64,000 nucleotides of DNA, taken from NCBI RefSeq assembly GCF_006345805.1, contig NC_043007.1, forward strand, positions 57,412,001-57,476,000. Reading direction: 5' to 3'. This document shows, piece by piece, positions 1-13,199 of this stretch. This DNA comes from Octopus sinensis (Eukaryota). Below the pieces are notes generated by a model. It had not been told where the DNA came from. It did no database searches and saw only the letters and a list, made by a program, of their open reading frames with translations. Made by a program: the position numbers and the translations under genes. Every line of letters begins with the position of its first letter. Positions within the stretch are counted from its first letter, which is position 1.

Positions 1-65
1 ACATAAATACATACATAACACTCATTCACAATCATAAGTATACACACCCACATATATGTGTGTGC

Positions 66-105
<40 letters not shown>

Positions 106-115
106 CTCTCTCTGA

Positions 116-158
<43 letters not shown>

Positions 159-209
159 TAGATTAACATATATACTCACGCATACACATGCGCGCGCACG
201 CACACACAC

Positions 210-249
<40 letters not shown>

Positions 250-463
250 CGTACATCACATTATCTCACATATATGTCAGTATGCATGTGTATGTGTGTG
301 TGTGCTTGTCTGTCTGTTTCCATTCAGTATATTACATCATGTGAGACTCTACTCTATTTCTATTTACTATGCACAACGCACCGCTGAACAATTTTCCCTT
401 AGCTTCATCATCACACGCGCACGCGCGCACATATCTGTGTGTGAGTGAGATAGAAAGAAAGAT

Positions 464-510
<47 letters not shown>

Positions 511-533
511 GAGAACGAGAAAGAGTTTTATAT

Positions 534-731
534 TCATACAGTTATGTTTGGTGAGTAGATGGTACTAGAATCGTCGGAGCTTCGTTTTAAAAAGACCCTT
601 ATGGTATTTGGGTACTTCTCCTCAAGTTCTTTGTTAAAATCCAGTTTTACTCTCCCATATTTTTTTCTTCCGAAGTCAAATGACATAAGTTCTGGTCGGA
701 CGTAATCTTCTACGCCCCACCAGCCACATGA
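534..731 (-). CDS. Candidate isolated coding exon of an unknown host gene
   Basis: Acceptor-like CCATTCCAG, then 65 open complex codons (SCGWWGVEDYVRPELMSFDFGRKKYGRVKLDFNKELEEKYPNTIRVFLKRSS...) and TGA, in unique sequence between microsatellites. No family recognised. Confidence 0.25.
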   Translation of the reverse strand, partial: SCGWWGVEDYVRPELMSFDFGRKKYGRVKLDFNKELEEKYPNTIRVFLKRSSDDSSTIYSPNITV

Positions 732-814
732 CTGGAATGGTTTAATACGCACGTGTATGTGTGTGTGTAAGTGTGTTCTGTGCTTGTGCATATGTGTATA
801 TCTATCTATATATA

Positions 815-915
<101 letters not shown>

Positions 916-921
916 CATACG

Positions 922-952
<31 letters not shown>

Positions 953-3633
953 CATTGTTATATATTCCTTAAGGCACAGTGAAATTGACAAAGGAACTCC
1001 ATGACTGACAACTCAGCCAAATAGTTTCATTGTATATTTATCATTATTCAATCCACCATAACTATATGCAACCCAGACATTAGAGACCGACAACCTTCCC
1101 GTTTTTATTCTTACTTGAACCAACCAGGTTAATCTGCCATGCGATGATGCCCATGTGTATCAGTAATAAGTGGCCTAGCTCTCTCTCTCTCTCTCTTTCT
1201 CCCACCTCTCTCTCTCTTTCTCCCACCTCTCTCTCTCTCTCTTCTCCCACCTCTCTCTCTCTCTCTATCTATATCTCTTCCATCTTCCCATCTTCCCGTA
1301 AGACATGGTTCAACAGCTTCCACTTACCTTCTTCTGTGCACTTCAGCGCCATGTTCACGTGTTTTATGTGTAAAATCTGCAACCAGCTGCTCAAATTGCA
1401 ATATCCGAATAGAGAGCTGTCTTGCAGTAATCTGGTATACTTACTGTGTTGTTTTGTGTCACTGTGACACCTCGAACAAAAATATTAAATACATGTATGT
1501 GCCTGTGTGTGGCAGTGAGAGAGAGCAAGAAAGAGAGGAAAAGTTAATGAGAGAGCGAGAAAGAGCGAGAGGAAGAGAGAGAGGAGGGAGAGAGAGGTAG
1601 GAAGAAAGAGGGAGAAAATCAGTGTGTTCACACTGTGTCCCGCTGAATCTGTCTCAGAAATGCATCATTTATACACATTCGGTCAAAATGCTGTCCTAAA
1701 TTTACGAATAAATATCTAGAAATATATGTTTTTGTTTTCTAATTTTCAAGGGCTTCCTGAAAAAAATCCGTCCCGCGTGACAGAAATTGATCTCTTCAAT
1801 ATTTCAGCAATGAGATTCGATCTCTGTTACCAATTAGCTAGTCTGGCAAAAATGTTAAATACCAATAACGAATATTCTCATGCCTCTTCATAATTTTTTT
1901 CTTTTCCTTTTCTGTCTTCTCTTTATTATATGTGAAAGCAGAAGGGATGAAAGAAGCCTAAACAAGCATATCTCACGCTAAAGACAAGTTGATGACTGTG
2001 TCTTCGGCAAAGCTAGGGTAGACGACTGAAAGAGAGCGAGGAGGAAAGAAAACGAAAGAACAGTCAGATGATGACAGGAAGATAAAGGATTAGTGAAGTA
2101 ATTGTGATTGTGGAGTTGGTAGATTTAGTGCCAATGTCGTTGTGGCGATAATAGTCGTTCAAGAAGCTTCAGTCACCAATCAGTATGTACAAGCAGAATG
2201 TAGTGGGAATTGCAACTTACATTGTGTGTGTGTATGTGTGTGTGTGTGTGCGTGTGTGTGCGCGCGTGCGTGTGAAAATTCAATAATAACATAATATATA
2301 TAAATAGAAATATGACAGCTTCGATTTCGACCATGATTTTATTGGACAGTACAGTGCAAGCATGATTATCTCAAAAAGAAAATCGAATCGCTTCACATTC
2401 ACAAGGTTCTGGGTTCAATTTCATTGCGGGTCATCTTTGGCAACAATCACCAATCATAGCTTTGGGTTTATCAATGCTTCATGCGTGGATTTTGGTAGGC
2501 AGAAATTGTGCACAAGTCCACCATATATGCATATCTGTTTTTGTGTGTGTATTGAGTGCGTGTGTGTAGGGGGGGAAATGTGTGCGTGTGTGTATAATCA
2601 ACTGTGCTCTTGAAAGTGGCCCTCTATCGGTATCACACTCCAGTGACTGAAATGAGTAAAATAATAAAGGAATAAAGGAATACTGTGAGACATAACATAG
2701 TTCTTAAGTAGCTGAATCGTTAGTAAATTTAAAGAGAACGATTTTCAAACTGTTTTCTGTTAGAACATCTCCAGCAATGTAGATGCTGCATGAATAGGCA
2801 CTTACTTGTTTACTGAACGCACAGCAGAGAGCGAGCTTAGTTAAGCGCAATATATGCAAAATTAATAACAATAATCCTAATTTCCCATAGGTAGCTAGAA
2901 AGGCTGGCATCTTGTCATAACGAATATATGAACAGGAAAATAGTAATTTAGATAACCAGATTTCGTACATTCCCATAAGCACTTCATTGTTTGTGGTCAA
3001 TAAACATAGCAGTTAGCAATCCAGTTTACCAAACTGCAAGTTTCACATCGATGTATGCACTGGATTTATTGTAAAACTGACGAATAATTCATTATATTGT
3101 AGTGTCGTGTCCTCTGGCGTCTTGTCCATGGGGTAGTTTGTCATTTATCCACTTCATAATACAAAATCTAGAGATAAGCACTGATGCGTTGGATCGCGAA
3201 GATCCGTTAAGAGACAGAGAGAGAGAAAATGGAATATTCTGTCATTGTGATCTTACTATTTAGATAGCAATGACGAGCATGACAAAGGTAATTCTTTTTA
3301 GTTAACTCTACTCTCATGTAGTATTGTATTATCCAATGAATATTTCCTTTTTGTAAGATATTAGTGCGTTACATGAACAAGATTTAGCTGCTATTTCGAG
3401 CAAGGTGAGAGATTTCTTTGCTGGTTCGTAAAATGCAAAAATCTCAGTGATAGGATCCTACCGTTAATAAGGCAACTACTTTAACGACCACCTGCTCCTC
3501 TGACTTGGCTGGGTATTACCAATGTTGACATTGTTGCTTATAGTGATGGTAGTATTACTGATAATATTTTAGGAGGTAATATGGTGGCGAAATGGCAGAA
3601 TCGTTTGCACGCCGGGCAAAATGATTAGTGGTA

Positions 3634-4920
3634 CGAGGGGCGTTCAATAAGTAATGCCCCTGACCCACTTCCCATAGCAGTAGAGCAACGAAACTTGGCA
3701 CAGTTATTAGTCTTTTTCTACATAGGAACCACACAGAGTTACGTATTTCTCCCATCGTTTGATGCAGCTCTGAAGACCGTTTTTGTAGAAGACCCCAGCT
3801 TGGTCCTCCAACCACGACGTGACTTCAGATATCAAGGCTGCATCATCTGGGAAACGCTTTCCTTTCAAAAACAACTTCATGGCTGGGAAGAGGTGAAAAT
3901 CAGAGGGTGCGAGGTCAGGAAAGTAGGGGGATGGGGGAGGAGTTCATAGCCATAATTCTGTGCTTCTGATCTGGCGACAAGCGAGTTGTGGACCGGAGCG
4001 TTGTCCTGCAGGAGGAGGATGTCTTTGCTGATCTTGCCCCGCCTCTTGATTTTGATAACTTCTCTTAATTTCCTCAAAAGCGAAGCATAATAGGCTCCTG
4101 CAATTGTGGTACCCTTTGCCAGGAAATCTGTCATCACTACTCCGTCCTGGTCCCAGAAGACTGTGAGCATGACCTTGCCAGCGGAGGGCTGCACCCTTGC
4201 CTTCTTTGGAGGGGGTGAGTCACGGTGCTTCCACTGCATTGACTGGGCTTTGGTCTCTGGATCATCGTGATGGACCCAGGTTTCATCCTGTGTAATCAGT
4301 CTTTTGAAAAAGTTTGACTCATCTTCTTGGCACATCTCCAAATTCACCCTCGAGCACTCGACGCGTTCTTGCTTCTGGAAAGGCGTGAGCAACCTGGGAA
4401 TCCATCTGGCAGACACCTTTTGCATATGCAAATGGTCATGAATGATAGTTTCCACAGACCCGGTACTAATCTTGACCTAATGGGCTATTTGGTGAATATG
4501 CGTCGATCTTCCAAAATGGCAGCCTCAACTTGACGGACAGATGCCTCATCAATGGCAGAAGGGTGCGACCAGATCTGGGAGCTGTTTCCACAGAGTTCCG
4601 ACCATGTTTGAATTCACGATGCCAGCGTTTTACAAGGTCATATGATGGGGCATCATCACCATAAGTTACTTTCATTTCATCAAAAGTCTCCCGTGGTGTG
4701 CGTCCTTTCAAATACAAAAACCGGATCACTGCTCGACACTCAACAGGCTCCATTTCACACTTGACTCGGTTCAAACACCTTTAAATCAGAAACCACAGTG
4801 AATTCAGAGCTGTAATTTGCCACTTACTATAAAGAGATATAAATAATTGCACATGCAAACTTTCAGCTAGATTCAACAACTGCAAGTGGGTCAGAGGCAT
4901 TACTTATTGAACGTCCCTCG
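3634..4920 (-). mobile_element. Full-length mariner (DD34D) DNA transposon, 1287 bp, inactive
   Basis: 37-bp TIRs (3634-3670 / 4884-4920, 2 mismatches), TA TSD at 3632-3633 and 4921-4922, and a transposase pseudogene inside. Confidence 0.95.
3707..4753 (-). pseudogene. Mariner transposase (~348 aa) with two frameshifts
   Basis: MEPVECRAVIRFLYLKG N-terminus, WIPRLL, TQDETW, LQDNAPVH, frameshifted HPP(YS)PDLAPSDFHLF with 34 residues between the 2nd and 3rd Asp, C-terminus RWEKYVTLCGSYVEKD*. Confidence 0.93.
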
Positions 4921-5637
4921 TATTTCGTCCGTCTTTACTTTTTGAATTCAAATTCCGCCGAGGTCGATTCTGCCTTTCCTCCTTTCAGGATTGATAAATT
5001 AAGTACCAGTTGAATACTGGGGTTAATGTAATCGACTTAACCTTTTCTCTGAAATTGAAGGCCTTGTGCCAAAATTTGAAATCAATATTATAGGTGTTAA
5101 TGATGAGTCTGTGTACATGGTAAAAGAAGAGGAAAAACTTGTAGCACTTATTAAAATTGAACTTCTCACAATTTCATTCGTATGTAAAAAGAAAGGAATT
5201 AGTAAGGGTTATTTGGTTGTCAAATTCCTCATGGCAAAAAGAGATTTATCTTCGATTTTTCTGCCTTTCATTGTTTTCATTATATTTATTGTATATTTAT
5301 TTATCATTTGCTGTGCAAAAGCGCGGAAGTTCATGGGCGGTGTTGGGAAAATGTTATCATTCAACTGTTTGACATATTCAATGACAAAAGAAAAGCCGAA
5401 CTTGCTGTTATACCGGAGGCCCGCTTGGTTCCGTTACTGATTCTGTTCAATGCTAGTCAGTCTACTAACTTCCCCTCTCCTGCTTTCTCACTCTCCACCA
5501 CTCTCTCTCTCTGGCTTTCGATGTTTTCTCCCCCCCCCCGTATATCTGCGTGTATGTGTATGTATGTATTCATAAAGCTAAACTTGCATGCACTTACACA
5601 TATATGTATGTATATATATATGTGTGTGTGTTCTTGT

Positions 5638-5712
<75 letters not shown>

Positions 5713-5713
5713 A

Positions 5714-5746
<33 letters not shown>

Positions 5747-6173
5747 AATATTTATCTGTCTGTTTTTCTCTCTGAATGTATGTAGATATATTTCTTTTCG
5801 TATCTGCTTTGCAAGATCGTTTATATGAATTCGTGTGTTGAAACAAATTTTGTTGTGCCTTAAGAGTATAATTTCGCCAGGAATAATAACACGTGCACAG
5901 GTACAATTCCACTTCTTTATTGTTGGTTAAATATCAAACCAACTAACTAATCGATCGTTTTGTTTAAAGTGTTGGTTAAACAATCGATCGGTTGTTTGTT
6001 TGTTTATTAGTAAAAGTTAATTCGTCGCTATTCGCAGCTTCCCAGTGACTCGGTGACTTCCCTCCCGCTTACTCCAAGATCTGCAAACTTGGGAACGAGT
6101 GGTAGGGAAGCCAGTCATATAAACAACTGATAAATTGCTTAACCAATACATTAAACGTACGATCGATTAGTTA

Positions 6174-6212
6174 CTTGGTTAGATGTTTAACAAATTGACC
6201 AGGCACAACATA

Positions 6213-6251
<39 letters not shown>

Positions 6252-6255
6252 ACAC

Positions 6256-6288
<33 letters not shown>

Positions 6289-6552
6289 AACACACATACA
6301 TATATATAAAAATGGTAAAGTACAGGACAAGCTATTACACTTGGAAAGGTTCAAGACAAGTTATTATTTCTGGTAAAGTACAGAACAAGAAAACTTTTAC
6401 TTAAACTATTGTAGCTAACTACAATAGTTTAAGTAAAAGTTTCTTGTTCTGTACTTTACCAGAAATAATAACTTGTCTTGAACCTTTCCAAGTGTAATAG
6501 CTTGTCCTGTACTTTACCATTTTTATATATATGTATGTGTGTTTATATATAT

Positions 6553-6609
<57 letters not shown>

Positions 6610-6643
6610 TGTGCCTGGTCAATTTGTTAAACATCTGACCAAG
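6174..6643. repeat. Near-perfect palindrome (arms 6174-6414 and 6419-6643, 4-nt loop CTAA)
   Basis: Mirror ORFs 6183-6404(+) and 6419-6634(-). The arms differ mainly in microsatellite length. Confidence 0.92.
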
Positions 6644-6899
6644 GATAAATTTTCAAATAAAATATTTAGATCTAGAAAATATTAGCTTTCATTAAAACTA
6701 AAAATTTTATTACAAGTTATTACTTCTATTTGTTATTACTTGTTACTTCCATTAAAAATTTTTTAAAATAACTCAAAATATTTTTTGCACTTTAAAAACA
6801 TTCATTTTTAAAATTATTAATTAATAATTAGAAATTTGAAAATAGGTTATAAAAAATAAAAGTAGTACATAATTATTTAGTACAATGAATAAAATAATA

Positions 6900-7800
6900 T
6901 AAAAATTAGTTATATATTACAGTAAAATCTACTTATAACAACAAACCCATAGTAAAATTTGCTTGAGTTATTGCCTAAGTTATTGCCAAGTCTTCACATT
7001 TTTAGTCTTGACTCAATGCCTATTTTTTACATAATGAATTTGCTTACCATATATACTATTCTACTTTTCATAAAACTTTAGCTATATTGGTGCTTCTGGT
7101 CCTCATTTTTTAAAGAATTCTAGTGTGTCAATATTTTAACAAAACGATGGTTCCTTTTTTAATTATAATATTACTTTGTAATTTAAAATCAAATAATTTT
7201 TAATATTCAAATTTTATCCTTAGCTGTAATATTTTAAGTAAAAAATTTCTTGCTCTGTACTTTACCAGATATAATAACTTGTCCTGAACTTTTCCAAGTG
7301 TCATAACTTGTCCTCCAGTTTTATAATCTTAAGAATATTATTTTCCTTGCTCACATTTTTCCATGTAATCCATGTTTTTCTAGGCTATGCTATTATGCTA
7401 ATTAATAGTGTGTCAAATGTGTCAATTAGAGGTGTCATTGATATTTTTTTCCTTACCTCGATGATGCCGGTGGCATATATTAAAAGTCCCTTATAGAACT
7501 ATATTCACACTTGAATAAAATTTTTGCCTTATTTATTTTCATGATATTTTACCTAAAAACTTTTTTGATATAATTTTTTATTGTATGAGGCCAAAACTCT
7601 GAAATTCTTCATGCTTTCTTCTATCATTGAAGGTAAGATAAATATATTTTGCTTTTAAAATAAAAATGTTATTTAGAACTGTGCTTGATTGGTGGCATTA
7701 CTTACTCTCCTATAACGTTACTACAAATTTTGATGTAAGCTTTTTTCTACTGGACCAAATCTCAATTTTGTTATGCCAAAATGTAGCTAGGGACCAGTCC
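6900..7800 (-). pseudogene. Possible heavily decayed cadherin-repeat (protocadherin-like) relic
   Basis: Frameshifted minus-strand fragments FRVLASYNKKLYQKSF*VKYHENK*GKNFIQV, GTFNI/ATGIIEVRKKI and SGQVIISGKVQSKKFFT*NITAKDK resemble cadherin-repeat motifs in the right order. Very AT-rich, many stops. Confidence 0.3.
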
Positions 7801-7904
7801 TCTTCAAAATTATTAACAGTTTTTAATTTGGTTTTTAAGAACTGAAAAATGCTGCGTGTTAGTAAATTACAGCCTTAAGTATATTATTCAACTACTACTG
7901 TATT

Positions 7905-10900
7905 TGAATGATATAACAGCTGCATCCTCGTTACATGAGAAAAGCCATTGCCAAGAAGACCTACTGAAATTATTCATGATTGTTGCCATGTAATGCCCTT
8001 ATATGACTTTTAAGCCCGGTCAAGCTTTTACACATTTTATTACACACTAGACAACTGTGCTGGCTGGCAGGAGCAACAGGTGCCACCATATGCACTCTCT
8101 TAACATATCATTTTAGACCTCCAACTGAGAGGCACGCCCTTCCACATTTTACACACGTTCTGTTATGAATTTTAATAGCCACATCTTTATTTATCATGGG
8201 CCGATTTCTATGAGAATTTTGATGGCTCACCAGGCTTGCACGACTCAAACACATCTGCCCACAAACCACACATATAAAAAGCAACACTCTCTCACTTTCC
8301 ACAGGTTCCCCACTTCTAAGCCCCCTCCTAATTCTCTCATACTTCACTCTCTCCCTCTCAAACCTTGAACAACCATCATGCACTATCTTCCTCCATCCAT
8401 CACGGTCTTGTGCCTCCCCCTTCCAATTATCATCTTCAATTCCTGTCTTTATTAGTTTAGGCTTATGCGCTGGTCTCCTGCCATCTTCCAGCTCACCATA
8501 CAATAGCTGCTTGGGCAGTCGCTCATCACTCATTCTTACCAAATACCCTCCCCCACCTCAAACGTCTTTGCAAAATCATTGACTCTATACAACTGCCACT
8601 CTTCTCAAGCACCCCCACATTACATTTTCCAGCTTATCTCCCAAATTTTTCTCAGACAGTATTAATGAAATCGTTCCAACTGCCTTAAATGCCTACGGTA
8701 AACAACCCATGCCTCACTTCCATATAGCAAAGATGGGAGGACGCATGTGTTATACACCTTCACTTTAATTCTTGAAGATATATTATGTTGTTTCCAGAGA
8801 TGCCTATCAAGCCTATCAAAAGCACCACTAGCCCTGCTGATTCTGTATGAAATTTCACCATCAAGACCAGCAGTGCTCAAGGTACTTCCTAAATAAATAA
8901 ATCTAGGCACAGTCTCCAACCTTTGACTATTCACAGTTATAAAAGGTTCCACATACATCTTGGAGGAAGCGGGCTGGTACATTATAACAGTTTTCTTTTT
9001 AGATTGATTGTTAGACCCAATGCTGCACATGCTGCAGAAATCGTATTCACCATGTGCTGCATATCTTTCTGAGAATGTGCCAACAGGTCACAATCATCTG
9101 CATACAGAAACTCAACAAGGTGAGAATGCAGAACTTGCGTTTTGGTACAGAGTCTTTTGAGATTAAACAGTTTTCCTGTTGTCCTCTATCTTTTATAGAC
9201 TCCTTTAGGGCAATCTTTAAAAGCTATTTGAAAGACTATTGCGAAATATATAGCAAACAGTGTAGGAGCAGGAATATCACCTTGCTTTACACCATTTTCT
9301 ACAAAGATCGGATCTGATAAGGTACCTCCAACATTAACTCTCACTTCCATCTTGTCATGAAATTGTCTAAGTATTCTCGCAAATTTTTCAGGGCATCCTA
9401 GCTTTTTTAGGATCTCCCAAAGTGAAATTCTATTGATAGAATCAAACGCTTTTGTTAGATCAATGAAAACCTGGTATAAGTCCATATCCTGCTCGATGCA
9501 CTTCGCTTGCAATTGTCTAGCCGAAAATATCATATCCATAGTACTCTTACTATCGCTAAACCCACATTGCGATTCTGGTAGAACCTCATCAGCAATGTGC
9601 AGAAGCAATCTATCCAGCATTACCCTACAGAGGACCTTTCCAGCAACAGCTAACAGATAGATGCCGCGATAATTATCACAGACATCCTTTCCACTTTTAG
9701 ATTTATATAGTATCTCCAAAGTTGCATCACACCAATCCGGAGGAACCTCTTCACTTTGCCAAACCCTCTGAATCACACCCGTCAACATTGCACAAAGATG
9801 ATCACCACCATATTTATATATCTCTGCACCGAGTCCATCCATACCAGGGGCCTTTCCTTTGTTCAATTTCCTGATCGCTGCTTTTATTTCAGCCAGGTTT
9901 GGAATTTCTGCTATGTTTTATTGGTCTCTCGGATATATTATCAAGAAAAGAGAGATCAACTTTAGTGGGTCTATTGAGCAACTCCTCAAAATGTTCTTTC
10001 CATCTACCAACAATATCTTTAGGATTTGTTAATAATTTGTGCCATCCTTGCTCCGAAGTGGTGCAACCTTTGATGAAACTGGTCCATAAACTTTTTTCAA
10101 GAGAGAGTAAATAGTTTGGAATTGGTAGCATTTGAGGCTTCTTGGATTTTATCGCATCCATCACTCTACCAATTTTCCTGCATCATCCATAGATTCCTCT
10201 GCACTGTTGCTTTTACTGCCTTGAGATATGTAGCCACTGTCCTGTTCGTTGACATGTCAACATTTTGCAGCATGTTAAATGCCTTTCGCTTCTCCTCTAA
10301 AATAAGATTAACTTCTTCATCATTATTGCCAAACCAATCTAGGTGTGTTTTTGCAACAAAGCCAAGAATGTTACTACAACTCTCGTACATTCTTTCTTTG
10401 AATGACTTTCAGCTTCCATCAAAGGACAAATTATTTATCTCACTCACAAACTCACTGCATACTAACAGAATCTTAAACTTATTCACATCAATCCGTTTGG
10501 GTAATTTGACATTATTTGCTTTAACCTTAGGCAAAATTCACCTTGGCGCGCAAAAGCCTATGATCAGTCCAGCACTCTGCACCATGCATCACTCGTACAA
10601 TAGCAAAGTCCCTAGTCACTCGTTTCCTGGTGAGGATGTAATCTATAAGATGCCATTTCTTAGAACCAGGGTGCATACATGTCGTTTTATACTTATTCTT
10701 TAGTTGAAACACTGTATTCATGACACACAAATCTATTTCTACGCACATTTGTAACAGTAGCAAACCATTACTGTTGGGATTCCCAACCCCATGCTTTCCT
10801 AGGACACTCTAAGTCTCCCAATCTGCACCAACGCGAGCATTAAAACCACCCAAAATGACAACTTTGCGCATGATCTCTGTAAGTGACAAATAGAAGGCAA

Positions 10901-11410
10901 GTTTATCATCCTCTGATGAATTCATAGTTTGAGCATATGCACTTATGAGTGTTGCATAGCGATCTTAATGGCAGCCTTAAAGGCATTAAACGATCCAAAT
11001 GAAAACATGATAGTTCAACAAGTTTTGAAGCCAGAGTGGTTTTGATTGCAAATCCCACTCCTGATTCTCTCTTATAGGTTTCCTCTCTACCACACCAAAA
11101 GAAATGATACCCAGCAGATTTATCTACGAAATTCCCCTTTCCATGACTTCTTGTTTCAGCTAATGCTACAACATCCATATCATATCTCTGTAACTCTTTT
11201 GCAACAAGCGCGGATCTTCTCTCTGGACCAGATTTCAGACAATCATTGTCTAATAACGTTCGAACATTCCAACATCCTATACTCATAGGCTTGCATCTTA
11301 ACTTGAATTTGCTCACAGTTGCAGAATGACGACCGGATCCAGGCTGTGGTGTCCTAGGACACCTGCCGGGCCAGACCACAGAATGTTCCAGAGTCCTTTT
11401 TGTCATTTAC
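7905..11410 (-). mobile_element. RTE-clade (BovB-like) LINE, near full length, decayed
   Basis: Ordered ORF fragments: APE endonuclease (WNVRTLLD, VVALAETR; 10906-11406), RT (NYRGIYLL, QCGF, FIDLTKAFDSI, GVKQGD; 9186-9866), YLGS (8662-9030), C-terminal RLPKQLLYGEL and C2H2 fingers (8108-8542, continuing to a stop at 7970). Many frameshifts and stops. Confidence 0.92.
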
Positions 11411-11524
11411 TTCATTATCAACATGAACTTTCATTGTTTAGATGTGCCTTTTTAAGCTTCGGCCAGTCATGTACATACAAGATGTCCGTTTCTTTTTCCT
11501 CTCCAGCGCCTTACGTATGTCTGT

Positions 11525-11830
11525 TCTACAATAGACTTGGGCCGACCAAACCCTTGTGAGCGAATCTGGTTGAGGGAAACAGATAGAGGCCCGTCGTGTA
11601 TATATATATATATATATATATTTGTGAATGTGTGTGTGTGTGTGCTTCTCCCTCACCACTGCTTGACAACCGGTGTTGGTATGTTTACGCCCCTGTAACA
11701 TTAACAGTTCTGCAAAAGAGGCCGATAGAATAAATACTAGGCTTAAAAAAATAAGTCCGATGATCGATTTGTTTGACTAAAACCAGCTTGGCGACAGTTA
11801 AATGACTGAAACAAGTAAAATATAAAAAGA
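11525..11830 (+). mobile_element. Bipartite SINE C/B, 5' truncated
   Basis: GGGCCGACCAAACCCTTGTGAG...GCCCGTCG, (TA)n(TG)n, CCACTGCTTGACAACCGG...AAATGACTGAAACAAGTAAAA. Confidence 0.75.
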
Positions 11831-11840
11831 TACGTATGTT

Positions 11841-11872
<32 letters not shown>

Positions 11873-11891
11873 TGTATGTATGTATGTATAG

Positions 11892-11977
<86 letters not shown>

Positions 11978-12481
11978 TAAAAAAGTATCAAGATCTGATG
12001 AAGAAAATGAATTTTACAATTCTAATCCCGAAACGCGTACATGATTAATCGAATGACTGCTTGATTTCGTTATTTTTTCTTCTTTTTGCCTATGTGGTGT
12101 TACGAGTATTGCTGTCTGCGGAGTTATATTGTAGTTAAAAGAATTGGCGGTTTCGACTGCTATTTCAAAACTTCTTATGTGGTGAAGCAACCTTTTGCTA
12201 AACCCTTAATTATATGTGTGTGTATATATATATATATATTATATATATATATATATATTATATATAATATATATACATATATATTTCGGCATGATAGACC
12301 GCTAGCCACTACACATTCTTTATTTTCTCTCCTTGTTCCTTTCTCTGGAAGAACGTAGGCGCGAAACGTTAAACACTTTTTCACTTCTCGAGCGTTATAC
12401 TAATACATCTGTTTGTTGTCTACACCACCTGTCTTCGTCTTTTGTTTTTTTGTGAATTCTCCCCTATATATACATATATAT

Positions 12482-12553
<72 letters not shown>

Positions 12554-12716
12554 AATATATTTATTTATATGTACGCATATGCTTTTATACATACTTTTGT
12601 AATCTTGTGACATTCTCATTAACTACTCTCTGTCCCCTCTCTGTCTCACTCACACTTTCTGTGTGTGCATATCTGTCTGTCTGCATGCATGTATGTACCT
12701 CTTTCTCTCTGTCTGC

Positions 12717-12753
<37 letters not shown>

Positions 12754-12793
12754 ATGTATGCAGACAGAGAGAAAGAGGTATATATATATACAC

Positions 12794-12873
<80 letters not shown>

Positions 12874-13012
12874 TACATATATATAGAGCCCCAGTGTGAG
12901 AGAGAGGGAAAATACGTCAGTGAAAGTAAGAGAGCGCGCGAGAGAGGGAAAGACAGAACGAAAGAAAAGTGGTTAAAGAATGTGGGATCAAGACTGTGCG
13001 GTTATATGTATG

Positions 13013-13076
<64 letters not shown>

Positions 13077-13132
13077 TGTGCGTGTGTGTGTGTGTGTGTG
13101 AATGTGTGTGTGCGTGTGTGTATGTGCAGATT

Positions 13133-13199
<67 letters not shown>

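Larger units (their letters stand above)
3581..5100 (+). mobile_element. tRNA-derived SINE (family A) split by the mariner (3581-3633 + 4923-~5100)
   Basis: Head GGTGGCGAAATGGCAGAATCGTT...GGTA joins TTTCGTCCGTCTTTAC...TTCAAATTCCGCCGAGGTCGA across the insertion, matching intact copies elsewhere in the window. Confidence 0.85.

Noticed and set aside
2704-3180. Minus-strand ORF and splice-like sites (donor at ~2800, acceptor at ~3168)
   Set aside because: No single frame is open between the sites and no homology is recognisable.
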